Positions 28,111-40,739 of a stretch of 64,000 nt of DNA are shown here, piece by piece. Origin of the DNA: Eledone cirrhosa (taxonomy: Eukaryota); assembly GCA_964016885.1 (NCBI GenBank), contig OZ024749.1, forward strand, positions 2,976,001-3,040,000. Reading direction: 5' to 3'. The translations under genes were made by a program, and so were the position numbers. The notes under the pieces are model-generated. The model saw only the letters and a program-made list of their open reading frames with translations, was not told the origin of the DNA and ran no database searches. The number at the start of each line of letters is the position of its first letter. Positions within the stretch are counted from its first letter, which is position 1.

Positions 28111-28812
28111 GTTCTAAGCTGTCATTTATAGCGTCACATTGGAAGAATGGAGATCTTATCCACCAATCCAAATCTACCGTACCGGAGCCACTGAGGTTTG
28201 TAGCTCCTTACATGTAAAGTTTGCGATGTTCCAAGTTCCAATTGTTAAGGTCTGCTCTGTTCCGAACTCTCTTTGGGATCTGAGGATACACAATCTTTGT
28301 GTGTCCATCTCATGTCTCCCATTTAAACACTACCTTTTTTCTTTATTTACTAGGATTTACCATAAGCTCATGATTCCTTTCAGACCAGAGAAGCGTTTGA
28401 GTCAGTTAACTGATGATGAGATTAGCGGGGATATTAAATTGATGTATAAAATAGAAAAAGCAAAGAAGATCGAACAAGACAATCAACGAAAAAGAGAAGA
28501 GTTACTTATACCGACTAACAGACAATGAGGCATACCGAACATAACTATACAAAGAGATACACATAGATACATATAAATATATACATAAATATACATATAA
28601 ACGCACACGCACACATATATACATATATATACATATATATACATATATATATACATATAAACCTATAAATATATACATATATATATATACATATACACGC
28701 ACTACACACACATAGATACATATAAATATATACATATACATATATATACACACGCGCACGAACAAAAATATATACACACACACACACATTTATATATATA
28801 TATATATTATTT

Positions 28813-28854
<42 letters not shown>

Positions 28855-28855
28855 T

Positions 28856-28901
<46 letters not shown>

Positions 28902-28983
28902 TAGGTATATATATATATATATATATATAAAATATTAAACAAATAATGAACAAACAATTCCTTATATTAAACAAAAAAAGTTC

Positions 28984-29132
28984 ACTATTTAACGATCGTT
29001 TCTAGGGTATATATGTGTTATAATTGGTATGCATATTTAACAGATCTATGTACAAAATTATACAAAATTATACAAATTATCAAGATTAAATATACATACC
29101 TAACTCATATATACGCCGTCTTCAGAAATAAT
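28984..29132 (-). ncRNA. Type I hammerhead, left arm (same sense as the endonuclease ORF)
   Basis: Reverse complement of 35792-35940. Confidence 0.7.
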
Positions 29133-29905
29133 GAAGTATATTTATTGATAATAACAACAATTCAAAATATCAGTTCAAAATTGACCAATGAAAACACAAA
29201 GGGTTAAAAAGCAGTTTGGTGTGTGTATATACATGTAAAAACCTTACATATATTTTACAATAATGTGTGTATAATTTGTATGTGCATACTAAAAAGATGG
29301 ATGCAAATACAAAATTTCAAGGTTAATATCTCTGTAAGCTTAATGCGCTGATAAGATACGCAATGATACTTATGGAGTCAAGCATATAAATATATTTTTT
29401 TCATACTCACACATATCAGTATAATCACACATACATGTGCGTATATGTATAAATATACACATAACCACAAACATACAAACACACACACTCCCCCACTCAC
29501 ATTTATATATGTGGATATAAAATCATAAGCAAATAGAAATTAAGTCACTCACATAAAAACACTGGTACACACATTTCAAGATCAAGATACAGAAATTAGG
29601 TGGGAGGGGGGGGGGAGGGGTCAGTATTAGATTGTCAGACCAGACAGCCTAATATAAATGTATCTATAAATTAAGAAAAATAAAAAAATAAAAACAATAA
29701 AATATAATACATATAATATAATGTACATACGCATACAGATATACATACACATACATACATGTACGCGCACATAGAGATATCTACACATACATACATACAC
29801 ACATACCTATACTGTCATACACACACATACATTTACACGAACATACACATACACATATAAAAAGATATAAATACACACACACACACGCGCAACACATACA
29901 CACAT

Positions 29906-29942
<37 letters not shown>

Positions 29943-30296
29943 TATACACACACACATAGACTCATATATATATACATACATATACATACACATATACAAA
30001 CATATATATCCCCACACTCATACCACCATAAAAACACATACAAACACCCAGATGTATATATATATATATATATATATACATATATCAACATACACACACG
30101 TACACATATATGTATATATACATACATATATACACACATACACATATATATATACACACACACATAAAATACAGACATGCACATATATATATATATATAT
30201 ATATTTCATTACTCTTATATATACACATAGTATATATACATACACAACCTCACTTATACACATATACACATAAGTTATATTACAATAATAATAAAG

Positions 30297-30343
<47 letters not shown>

Positions 30344-30470
30344 TACACATATACATACATATATATACATACACATACATACATACACATACATACATAC
30401 ACCTAAATATATACATATATAAATACACACATACGAATAAAGACATATATTCACACATAGACACCTATAT

Positions 30471-30506
<36 letters not shown>

Positions 30507-32336
30507 ATATACACACACATACACATATATACACATATATATATATACACACATACACACACACACACACACACAGACACACATACACACTCACACATAT
30601 ATATATATATATATATGTGTATGTGAGTGTGCGCAAATACATATATATATACACACACACATACAAACACACACAAACACATACATATGCATACGTGCAC
30701 ACACACACACATATATCACATAGATACGAAGATAAACATATAAATAGAGAGACATACAAATATATACAGAACCCATATACACATACATACAAACACGCAT
30801 ATACATATATATACATATATACACATATATATATTCCTATATACAAGCATACACATACACACACATATATACATATACATACACATATACATACCACACA
30901 TTCACATACACATACATATATAATACATATATATACATATATATACATACATATGTATGTACAATCATATATACACACTCAATCTTACATTCATATTTAC
31001 ATGCTCATATATGTATTTTTATATTTAGAAATAAATACCAAAACCTATATAGACACCCATCTACACATATATTCATACATATACGCTTACAAAAACAGAT
31101 GATAATAGTATGGGGGAAAGGGGGGGTTTGGAGAAGGGGATCAAAGTAAATATATGTTTCAAGAAACATATAATATTTTCCATATCTTAATTCAATGTAT
31201 GTTCTTACATATTTTCAGTGCTAGGAAATACGAAATCTATGCATCACAAAATAAAAAAGTATACCATTAATCATATGTTAACTAAACCAAAGATAGTCAA
31301 CATATTGATTTCCAAGGTGTAAATTAGTTAGGTTTATAATATTTGAAGCAGAATTATGAAGTCAAACAGTAGTAGATTATTAATTACATTATAACTAAAT
31401 TAAAGTTAATAACGTTATGGTATCAATATTAGAAGATGAATTTAGTAATAGGGAAAAGAAACCCAAATAAAAATAAAATAAAGTATTACATCGGTAGTAG
31501 CATATAAATTATATGTTAACTAAATTAAAAATTATATATTTATTTCAATAGTATACGTTAATTAGTATATGTTAATTAGGTATACAATACATAAAGCAGA
31601 TATTGTATTTCATCAATAGCATAATATAATTATATGCAAATAAAAATCAAAATTAATACGCATACATATACATATACATACACATACACATACATATACA
31701 TATACATACACATATATATATATATATATACATATATATACACATACATACATATATAGTCACATAAATATACATACAGATACACATACAACACACACAT
31801 ATACATATACATATAGATATACATATCTTTTTCAAAAAATTGCACAGAATATATTAACTAGGTATATATCCAAAACACCTCCCATTCTATGATTACATGA
31901 CATTCTGCAATTCGTCTGTACAAGGATACTAATTTTAAGCAAATTAAAATTAAAGTTTTAGGTTGATTAAAACTAAAACCAAATAATAAATATATTTCCA
32001 AAATGTATATTAATTAGGTCTATAATACTAAAAATTCTTTCTCCGTCATAGGATACATGATATTATTTTGTTATATTTTATCTGTAAAAGAATTATAATA
32101 AAAAAAAAAAAAAAATTATAATAAAAGGTTAAACTAAATTAAAAAATTATAATAAAAGGTTAAAATAAGTTAAAATTAATCTATAAATTAAATTACTGAA
32201 TATATATTAGTAATATTTAAAGGTTTTTCAAAATTTATGATTACATAATATTTTCTCATCTGTAATAAAATATTAATTAAATTAAATTTATAGGTTAACT
32301 AACATTTAAATTAAATTAAATTCTAGAATAATGTTA

Positions 32337-33290
32337 TTAATTAGGTTTATAATATTTAAATGTTTTTTTTAGTTTATGATTACACGATATAATTAATTCC
32401 TGTCTTTTATTTAATAAGATATCCCTAGACTTCATTATTTCAAATAGTTCTTGGGAACATAATCTACATTCCTTTCTATTATTTTGATAAGGGGTGGCTC
32501 TTTTGAGCACACTCCAGGTCAAATCATATTTTATATTTTTATTTTTATAACTATTGATTTTTTCTGCTAGAGATGTTGTATTAGCCAGTGCGGCATTTTT
32601 AAAGCTATGTTTGTGGGTATTATACCTTGTCTTAAAATTGTTAGAGGTAGCTCCTATATATGAGCAAATAGAATCTTTAGTTTTAACATTACATTTATAG
32701 ACTATGTTGTTAACAAGACAATTCCCTTTTAATGGGCAGTTTGTTTTGTTTCTACAGTTACATCCTTTCGTTAATTCTGTATTTGAGGAGATATTATTGT
32801 TAATTTGATGTACTGGTGGTATACTTATGGTTTTCTTACATTTATATGCATTATATGCACTTATATTTTGTTTTATGTTATTTGTTGTAGAGTATGAGAA
32901 TTTAACTGTAGACCTATTTAAGATTTGATGGTATTTGTGGTTTGGCGGGAAGTTTTTCTCAAGGATATAAAAAAATTTTTTAGCAATATTATCCTTAACT
33001 TGTAAATTAAAAGGAGCATTATACCAAGTAACTCGTCTATTACGGTTTCTATGTTGTTTATTATTTTTATTATTTTTATATGTTGTATCATGATTTTTAC
33101 TAGGAGGAATAATGTTAATGATCTCACCACAACTATTTTTAGTTATATTTGTAGATTTAGGTGTTTTATCTTTTTTATTAGGAGTTTTATTATTAATATT
33201 TATTATAGTCGTATGATGAGTAGTTTTTTGAGGGTTACTATACTTTATATTAGAAGATTTGTGCGTATTAATTTTGATTTTTATTTGCAT
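32337..33290 (-). CDS. PLE linker plus GIY-YIG endonuclease without RT (Hydra-clade-like), uninterrupted 317-aa frame
   Basis: RRVTWYNAPF..FPPNHKYHQILNRSTVKFSYS linker, CNCRNKTNCPL, IVYKC...YIGAT, RYNTHKHSF, CRLC, LLNKRQELIISCNH; the start codon lies in the inverted arm, so expression is unproven. Confidence 0.8.
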   Translation of the reverse strand: MQIKIKINTHKSSNIKYSNPQKTTHHTTIININNKTPNKKDKTPKSTNITKNSCGEIINIIPPSKNHDTTYKNNKNNKQHRNRNRRVTWYNAPFNLQVKDNIAKKFFYILEKNFPPNHKYHQILNRSTVKFSYSTTNNIKQNISAYNAYKCKKTISIPPVHQINNNISSNTELTKGCNCRNKTNCPLKGNCLVNNIVYKCNVKTKDSICSYIGATSNNFKTRYNTHKHSFKNAALANTTSLAEKINSYKNKNIKYDLTWSVLKRATPYQNNRKECRLCSQELFEIMKSRDILLNKRQELIISCNHKLKKTFKYYKPN

Positions 33291-34417
33291 ATAATTATAT
33301 TATGCTATTGATGAAATACAATATCTGCTTTATGTATTGTATACCTAATTAACATATACTAATTAACGTATACTATTGAAATAAATATATAATTTTTAAT
33401 TTAGTTAACATATAATTTATATGCTACTACCGATGTAATACTTTATTTTATTTTTATTTGGGTTTCTTTTCCCTATTACTAAATTCATCTTCTAATATTG
33501 ATACCATAACGTTATTAACTTTAATTTAGTTATAATGTAATTAATAATCTACTACTGTTTGACTTCATAATTCTGCTTCAAATATTATAAACCTAACTAA
33601 TTTACACCTTGGAAATCAATATGTTGACTATCTTTGGTTTAGTTAACATATGATTAATGGTATACTTTTTTATTTTGTGATGCATAGATTTCGTATTTCC
33701 TAGCACTGAAAATATGTAAGAACATACATTGAATTAAGATATGGAAAATATTATATGTTTCTTGAAACATATATTTACTTTGATCCCCTTCTCCAACCCC
33801 CCCCTTTCCCCCATACTATTATCATCTGTTTTTGTAAGCGTATATGTATGAATATATGTGTAGATGGGTGTCTATATAGGTTTTGGTATTTATTTCTAAA
33901 TATAAAAATACATATATGAGCATGTAAATATGAATGTAAGATTGAGTGTGTATATATGATTGTACATACATATGTATGTATATATATGTATATATATGTA
34001 TTATATATGTATGTGTATGTGAATGTGTGGTATGTATATGTGTATGTATATGTATATATGTGTGTGTATGTGTATGCTTGTATATAGGAATATATATATG
34101 TGTATATATGTATATATATGTATATGCGTGTTTGTATGTATGTGTATATGGGTTCTGTATATATTTGTATGTCTCTCTATTTATATGTTTATCTTCGTAT
34201 CTATGTGATATATGTGTGTGTGTGTGCACGTATGCATATGTATGTGTTTGTGTGTGTTTGTATGTGTGTGTGTATATATATATGTATTTGCGCACACTCA
34301 CATACACATATATATATATATATATGTGTGAGTGTGTATGTGTGTCTGTGTGTGTGTGTGTGTGTGTATGTGTGTATATATATATATGTGTATATATGTG
34401 TATGTGTGTGTATATAG

Positions 34418-34449
<32 letters not shown>

Positions 34450-34576
34450 ATATAGGTGTCTATGTGTGAATATATGTCTTTATTCGTATGTGTGTATTTA
34501 TATATGTATATATTTAGGTGTATGTATGTATGTGTATGTATGTATGTGTATGTATATATATGTATGTATATGTGTA

Positions 34577-34625
<49 letters not shown>

Positions 34626-34979
34626 CTTTATTATTATTGTAATATAACTTATGTGTATATGTGTATAAGTGAGGTTGTGTATGTATATATACTATGTGTA
34701 TATATAAGAGTAATGAAATATATATATATATATATATATGTGCATGTCTGTATTTTATGTGTGTGTGTATATATATATGTGTATGTGTGTATATATGTAT
34801 GTATATATACATATATGTGTACGTGTGTGTATGTTGATATATGTATATATATATATATATATATATACATCTGGGTGTTTGTATGTGTTTTTATGGTGGT
34901 ATGAGTGTGGGGATATATATGTTTGTATATGTGTATGTATATGTATGTATATATATATGAGTCTATGTGTGTGTGTATA

Positions 34980-35020
<41 letters not shown>

Positions 35021-35791
35021 ATGTGTGTATGTGTTGCGCGTGTGTGTGTGTGTATTTATATCTTTTTATATGTGTATGTGTATGTTCGTGTAAATGTATG
35101 TGTGTGTATGACAGTATAGGTATGTGTGTATGTATGTATGTGTAGATATCTCTATGTGCGCGTACATGTATGTATGTGTATGTATATCTGTATGCGTATG
35201 TACATTATATTATATGTATTATATTTTATTGTTTTTATTTTTTTATTTTTCTTAATTTATAGATACATTTATATTAGGCTGTCTGGTCTGACAATCTAAT
35301 ACTGACCCCCCCCCCCCCTCCCACCTAATTTCTGTATCTTGATCTTGAAATGTGTGTACCAGTGTTTTTATGTGAGTGACTTAATTTCTATTTGCTTATG
35401 ATTTTATATCCACATATATAAATGTGAGTGGGGGAGTGTGTGTGTTTGTATGTTTGTGGTTATGTGTATATTTATACATATACGCACATGTATGTGTGAT
35501 TATACTGATATGTGTGAGTATGAAAAAAATATATTTATATGCTTGACTCCATAAGTATCATTGCGTATCTTATCAGCGCATTAAGCTTACAGAGATATTA
35601 ACCTTGAAATTTTGTATTTGCATCCATCTTTTTAGTATGCACATACAAATTATACACACATTATTGTAAAATATATGTAAGGTTTTTACATGTATATACA
35701 CACACCAAACTGCTTTTTAACCCTTTGTGTTTTCATTGGTCAATTTTGAACTGATATTTTGAATTGTTGTTATTATCAATAAATATACTTC

Positions 35792-35940
35792 ATTATTTCT
35801 GAAGACGGCGTATATATGAGTTAGGTATGTATATTTAATCTTGATAATTTGTATAATTTTGTATAATTTTGTACATAGATCTGTTAAATATGCATACCAA
35901 TTATAACACATATATACCCTAGAAACGATCGTTAAATAGT
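35792..35940 (+). ncRNA. Type I hammerhead with long stem II, right arm
   Basis: ATTATTT-CTGAAGA...CCTA-GAAA-CGATCG-TT-AAATAGT. Confidence 0.7.
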
Positions 35941-36701
35941 GAACTTTTTTTGTTTAATATAAGGAATTGTTTGTTCATTATTTGTTTAATATTTTATCTT
36001 GACTCTGTATACCGTTTATCTTTCACCGAAATTGGATTTTCATTACATCTCTTCTTTCCATGATATCCGGAATACATTGAGTTCTTCATACGGATTGGAC
36101 ACTACCGTAAACTCTTGGTAGATTTATCTACATATATATATATATATATATTTACCTAAATCATATATATATATATAGATATATATATATATATACTCTG
36201 TCGTATCGAGTGAGTGGAATAGACATATATTTAATTGCAAGAAACTTCCAAGAATCTACGCTGTAATGAATAGTTTGGAAACACAGGTTTTTGTGAGCGC
36301 TATAAAAATGAAGGTTATATACACTAAAAGGAAAGCGTGAAATAAAATTATATGAAGGAATCTTAAAACTACGTTCTGGACAGATAGTTATTTTTCTTTC
36401 GTGTGTGTAGTATTTAGTGATGCTTTTACTTATTTTATTTAGAGAGTTTTTAGTTTTATTATTTAATTTTCTTTTTGCTCTGGTTACGTGATTTATGTGG
36501 GTTTTGTGGTTTTGTGGTTTTGTGGTTTTGGTTTACAGTTAAGGTGGCTAAGTTTTCCAAGTTTTATGTCCTGCTAGTGGAGTACGTGGTGCAGATTTAT
36601 ATAGTAAAACGGCTGCAGTGAAAGAATTGGAGAGAAAATTAACTAAAATTGATGATGGTACACATACATGAAAGAAATGTTACGAGATTTCTATCTAAAC
36701 G

Positions 36702-36737
<36 letters not shown>

Positions 36738-36859
36738 TACATTTATATATACATATATATATATATGTATATGTATATATATATATATGTATATACACAT
36801 ACATATATATATATGTATATATATATGTGTATATATACATACACCCCCACCCCCCAATA

Positions 36860-36904
<45 letters not shown>

Positions 36905-37169
36905 AGATATAGAGAGGGAGAGAGAGAGAGTCACAGATATATATATATAGGGTGAAGTTAAAGGTGTAATTAGAAAGAGAGAAATATGTGTGGTAGCAAG
37001 CAGGGGAAGCTAAATGAAGCGTGGAATTTATGGTTGTATATTATACTATGGCCTCGCTGGTGTTGGTATTGTCTGTAAAATATATCTTAATTATTTAACG
37101 ATTGTTGAATAAACCTACTAGCAGATGACTGGAACAGGTAAATGAGTAAAAGAATTATATATATATATA

Positions 37170-38345
37170 CTGAAGTAAAATTTAAGTGGAAATTTAAGTG
37201 GAAATATCCAATAATAAGAGCACTCAGTCAATAGAACGAGTTTAGTATAAGTAATTAGAACAGTGGCATAAACAGGTACTCAAGTTTCGTTTGGTTCTGG
37301 GCCCCAATTTCTTCACCCTGTAATGAGAAAAGTAAAAAACAAAGATGACCGCCTATGGTTGATTGTGCTTTCCCTGTGGGGATATAACAAAAAGAGTTCA
37401 TGCAGGGGCAGGTAATTTAGAAAAAGTATAGAAAAAAGCGGTTATTATTAAAAAATAAGTAAGGTAACTCTTGAGAGACCACAGTCAATTGAGAATAGAA
37501 ATAGAAGCACAATACTTTCTTCCAGAAGACTCCAGGGATCACATTTCACTGAAATATAAAATAGTCAGTAACTCGAAAGATACTTCTGGACCTGTTAGTC
37601 AGGCTTAAGCCATTTATCCCAAATATATTTTTTTTACCTGGGGGCAACCGCCAAAGCAATAGAGTCGGACATACCAACATATGACCAGGCTTCAATTTGG
37701 TGGTTCTGGTTGGTGAAGGTAACCTCTGTTTGGTATATCACTGCCTAAGTGTTGCACTGTTGGTCTAGTGGACATGTTTCAGGTCTTTAACAAGAGCATC
37801 CGTACGTTGGAGGGCTTTTATGTTTGCCAGTGATATAGGTTTTTACATTGTTGGTGCAAGAGTATCCTATTTTTACTGTATGGCGATTAAATATCTTTCG
37901 GTATTTATGGCCAACAGGGAAATGAAGATCTATGAAGCTTAAGGATATTTTGCCTACATTCGTCTTCACATTAAGTGAGAAAGGTGGTGCGAACCATATG
38001 TTACCAGTCTGCTGATATACAAATCAAGCTGATCAGTGGATCTGCTAATATGCAGATCTGACTGATCAGCCAGTCTGCTCATATGCAAATCAGGCCGATC
38101 AGTCACAGTATATTTTTGAATATAGCATATATTTTCACTAGCTCTGATAGTTTGGCAGGTGAACAGTGAGCTGTACTGATGAAGGGTGATACCCAGAAAC
38201 ATTAGTGTCTGCAGTTCTGTTCGCATGACAACACAAGAGCAAGAATGAAGGGTTCATTCTACTGACATGGCTTTAAAATTGAGGCATGTCTGCATGTTTG
38301 CAAACGAATCGAATGTTATCATTAATATTCGAAAAACTCAGATTA
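37170..38345 (-). pseudogene. Degenerate Hydra-clade-like PLE (linker, GIY-YIG, 3' end with decayed hammerhead 37273-37320)
   Basis: KTNVGK..HFPVGHKYRKIFNRHTVKIGYSC, GCSC*RPETCPL..VIY..YVG; CAGG-GTGAAGA..GAAA-CTTGAG-TA-CCTG; three ~33-bp tandem repeats at ~38006-38104. Confidence 0.75.
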
Positions 38346-38346
38346 C

Positions 38347-38411
<65 letters not shown>

Positions 38412-38417
<6 letters not shown>

Positions 38418-39417
38418 TAATTTAATATATCAACTAACATAAGCGCACAGATGCACGCCCATGCCAGCAAATACACAGGTTATGTCATAGTACCTAGGTG
38501 GTTCAATGCAGGAGAATGCAGAACAATAATATAAAGGACGTAAAATAAGAAAATATTTTTTTAAAAAAATTTAAAAAAAATTTTTTTCTTACTTAAATTT
38601 TCACTCCAACTAATTAGTTTCTGCAATGGGATAAAGACAGTTACGTAATCCAACTGTCGAGAATTCATTGCGTCATCAGGAAGTCTATTCTCAGTTAAGT
38701 CTCCAGGCAATGCGCGGACACTGGCGGCTCATATAAAAATAATAATAATTCGGTAGATCGAACAGCTTGCGAGGACTGGATTCTATGTACCGAAATTCTC
38801 ACTGCTTCAAGTCAAATGGCCGATTCTAAAGAATCAATCACGTGACACAGAGGCTAGTTAGAAGGAATGGGATGGTAAGATGACTGACGCCTACTAACAC
38901 CCCAAAAAAAATTTTTTTTTTTTTTAGAAGTGGTTTTGACAAGTTTGCTCGACAAATCAGTGATTTGGAGATAAATATAGATAATTTAATATATCAACTA
39001 ACATAAGCGCACAGATGCACGCCCATGCCAGCAAATACACAGGTTATGTCATAGTACCTAGGTGGTTCAATGCAGGAGAATGCAGAACAATAATATAAAG
39101 GACGTAAAATAAGAAAATATTTTTTTAAAAAAATTTAAAAAAAATTTTTTTCTTACTTAAATTTTCACTCCAACTAATTAGTTTCTGCAATGGGATAAAG
39201 ACAGTTACGTAATCCAACTGTCGAGAATTCATTGCGTCATCAGGAAGTCTATTCTCAGTTAAGTCTCCTGATGACGCAATGAATTCTCGACAGTTGGATT
39301 ACGTAACTGTCTTTATCCCATTGCAGAAACTAATTAGTTGGAGTGAAAATTTAAGTAAGAAAAAAATTTTTTTTAAATTTTTTTAAAAAAATATTTTCTT
39401 ATTTTACGTCCTTTATA
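38412..39417 (-). mobile_element. Retrozyme-like/pLTR tandem: direct repeats 38412-38704 and 38976-39268 (period 564 bp) plus inverted copy 39267-39417; three hammerheads
   Basis: Hammerheads at 38603-38684 (-), 39167-39248 (-), 39263-39344 (+): ACTTC-CTGATGA-CGCAATG...CATTGCA-GAAA-CTAATTAG-TT-GGAGT. Confidence 0.85.
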
Positions 39418-39489
39418 TATATATATATATATATATATGGTGGGTAAAATTCCCGAGATCCATGGACGAGTTCTCTACACCGGTCTATG

Positions 39490-39895
39490 TCCTTCATTAT
39501 CGCTGCTATGTCCTGTGTCTCCAACAGACCAGTGTCTGTCCATAGGGCATCAACATACGTTAACCTTGGTCATCTTCTTCCAGTGTGTCCATGTAGGGGA
39601 TCCCACAGGAGCACTGAGTGCAATGCCAACTCTGGATGCCGGTGAGCATGTCCAGCTAGCCTCAGTCTCCTCTGTGTCACTTTTGAGCTGACTTTTGGGA
39701 GGCTCCCATACAGCCCTGAGTTTTTCATTCTCAGTGTATACTAAATAATGTTCAGAGCCATCCTCAGCATAATTGTGTAGCACCCATCCACCATCTGAGT
39801 GAGTTTCTTGGTCAGTGTCCAAGTCTCAAACCCGTACAGCAATGAAGAAGCGGATTTTCAGGGTTTTACGAAGGTCCGACTTCCACACCGATCTC
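39490..39895 (-). pseudogene. RTE-like LINE RT C-terminal fragment
   Basis: Minus strand LLYGFETWTLTKKLTQMVDGCYTIMLRMALNI. Confidence 0.7.
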
Positions 39896-39919
39896 ATATA
39901 TGTATATTATATGTATATG

Positions 39920-40023
<104 letters not shown>

Positions 40024-40579
40024 TATGTCATTTATGTCATTTATCTTTTTCTGACCTGTTTAGCTTGACTTGTTTTTTTGTGGTTAGGTGGTTAATGGCT
40101 TCTTGACTGCCTTCTCAGTTTGTATGGCCTTTATAACCTTTGTTTATTGCTCTGGTCTTTTTTAGCCCATGTAGCGCTTGCTGGCATGGCTCAGAATTTG
40201 CGTTACGTTTCGCTTTTTCTACCCGTCGAAATGCGATTCTCGCTGAATTTATACTTGTATATATAAATATATATATATATGAAAAATGGCGTGCTCCGTT
40301 GTTGTAAATGGAGTACATATGAATAACATTAGTCCTTCACAATTTCACTCACTCTCTCTCTCTGCTACTCCCCCTCTCTCACTTCCTCCCTTTTGACCTG
40401 TGTGAAATCATTTTCTCGCTCGCATCTCACCCAGTTCGGATGATTTGTATCTCTCCTCTATGTTTTCACCGAACTTAAGTTCACAGATATCACGGACTTG
40501 TTTTTCCTCTTCCTCTCTTTACGTTGCATTACCATCTCTGTTTGTTTACATGTCTCGCTCGCTTCACCCTATTTTACGT

Positions 40580-40681
40580 GTCCCAATAACTTTCTTTAGT
40601 TACTGCTCGCACCAACCAGACGTATATGATCTTTAATGTGAAGTAATACCAATGACGGTTGGAAGATCACTGATGAAGGAC
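40580..40681 (+). ncRNA. Permuted hammerhead-like motif, copy 3 (GAAA decayed to GTAA)
   Basis: GTCC..TCGCA-CCAACC..CGTA-TA-TGATCTT..TGTGA-A-GTAA-TACC..GGTTGG-AAGATCA-CTGATGA-A-GGAC. Confidence 0.65.

Positions 40682-40737
<56 letters not shown>

Positions 40738-40739
<2 letters not shown>

Larger units (their letters stand above)
28927..36131. mobile_element. 7.2-kb hairpin PLE derivative: ~2.74-kb inverted arms (28927-31662 / 33262-35997), 1.6-kb loop with GIY-YIG ORF, tail 35998-36131
   Basis: Arms are almost exact reverse complements including internal microsatellites (mirror-image ORFs in the track); (TA)n flanks. Confidence 0.95.

Noticed and set aside
28806-28908. Short repeats separated by spacers, CRISPR-like spacing
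   Set aside because: Spacers are pure TA, the context is eukaryotic and there are no cas genes
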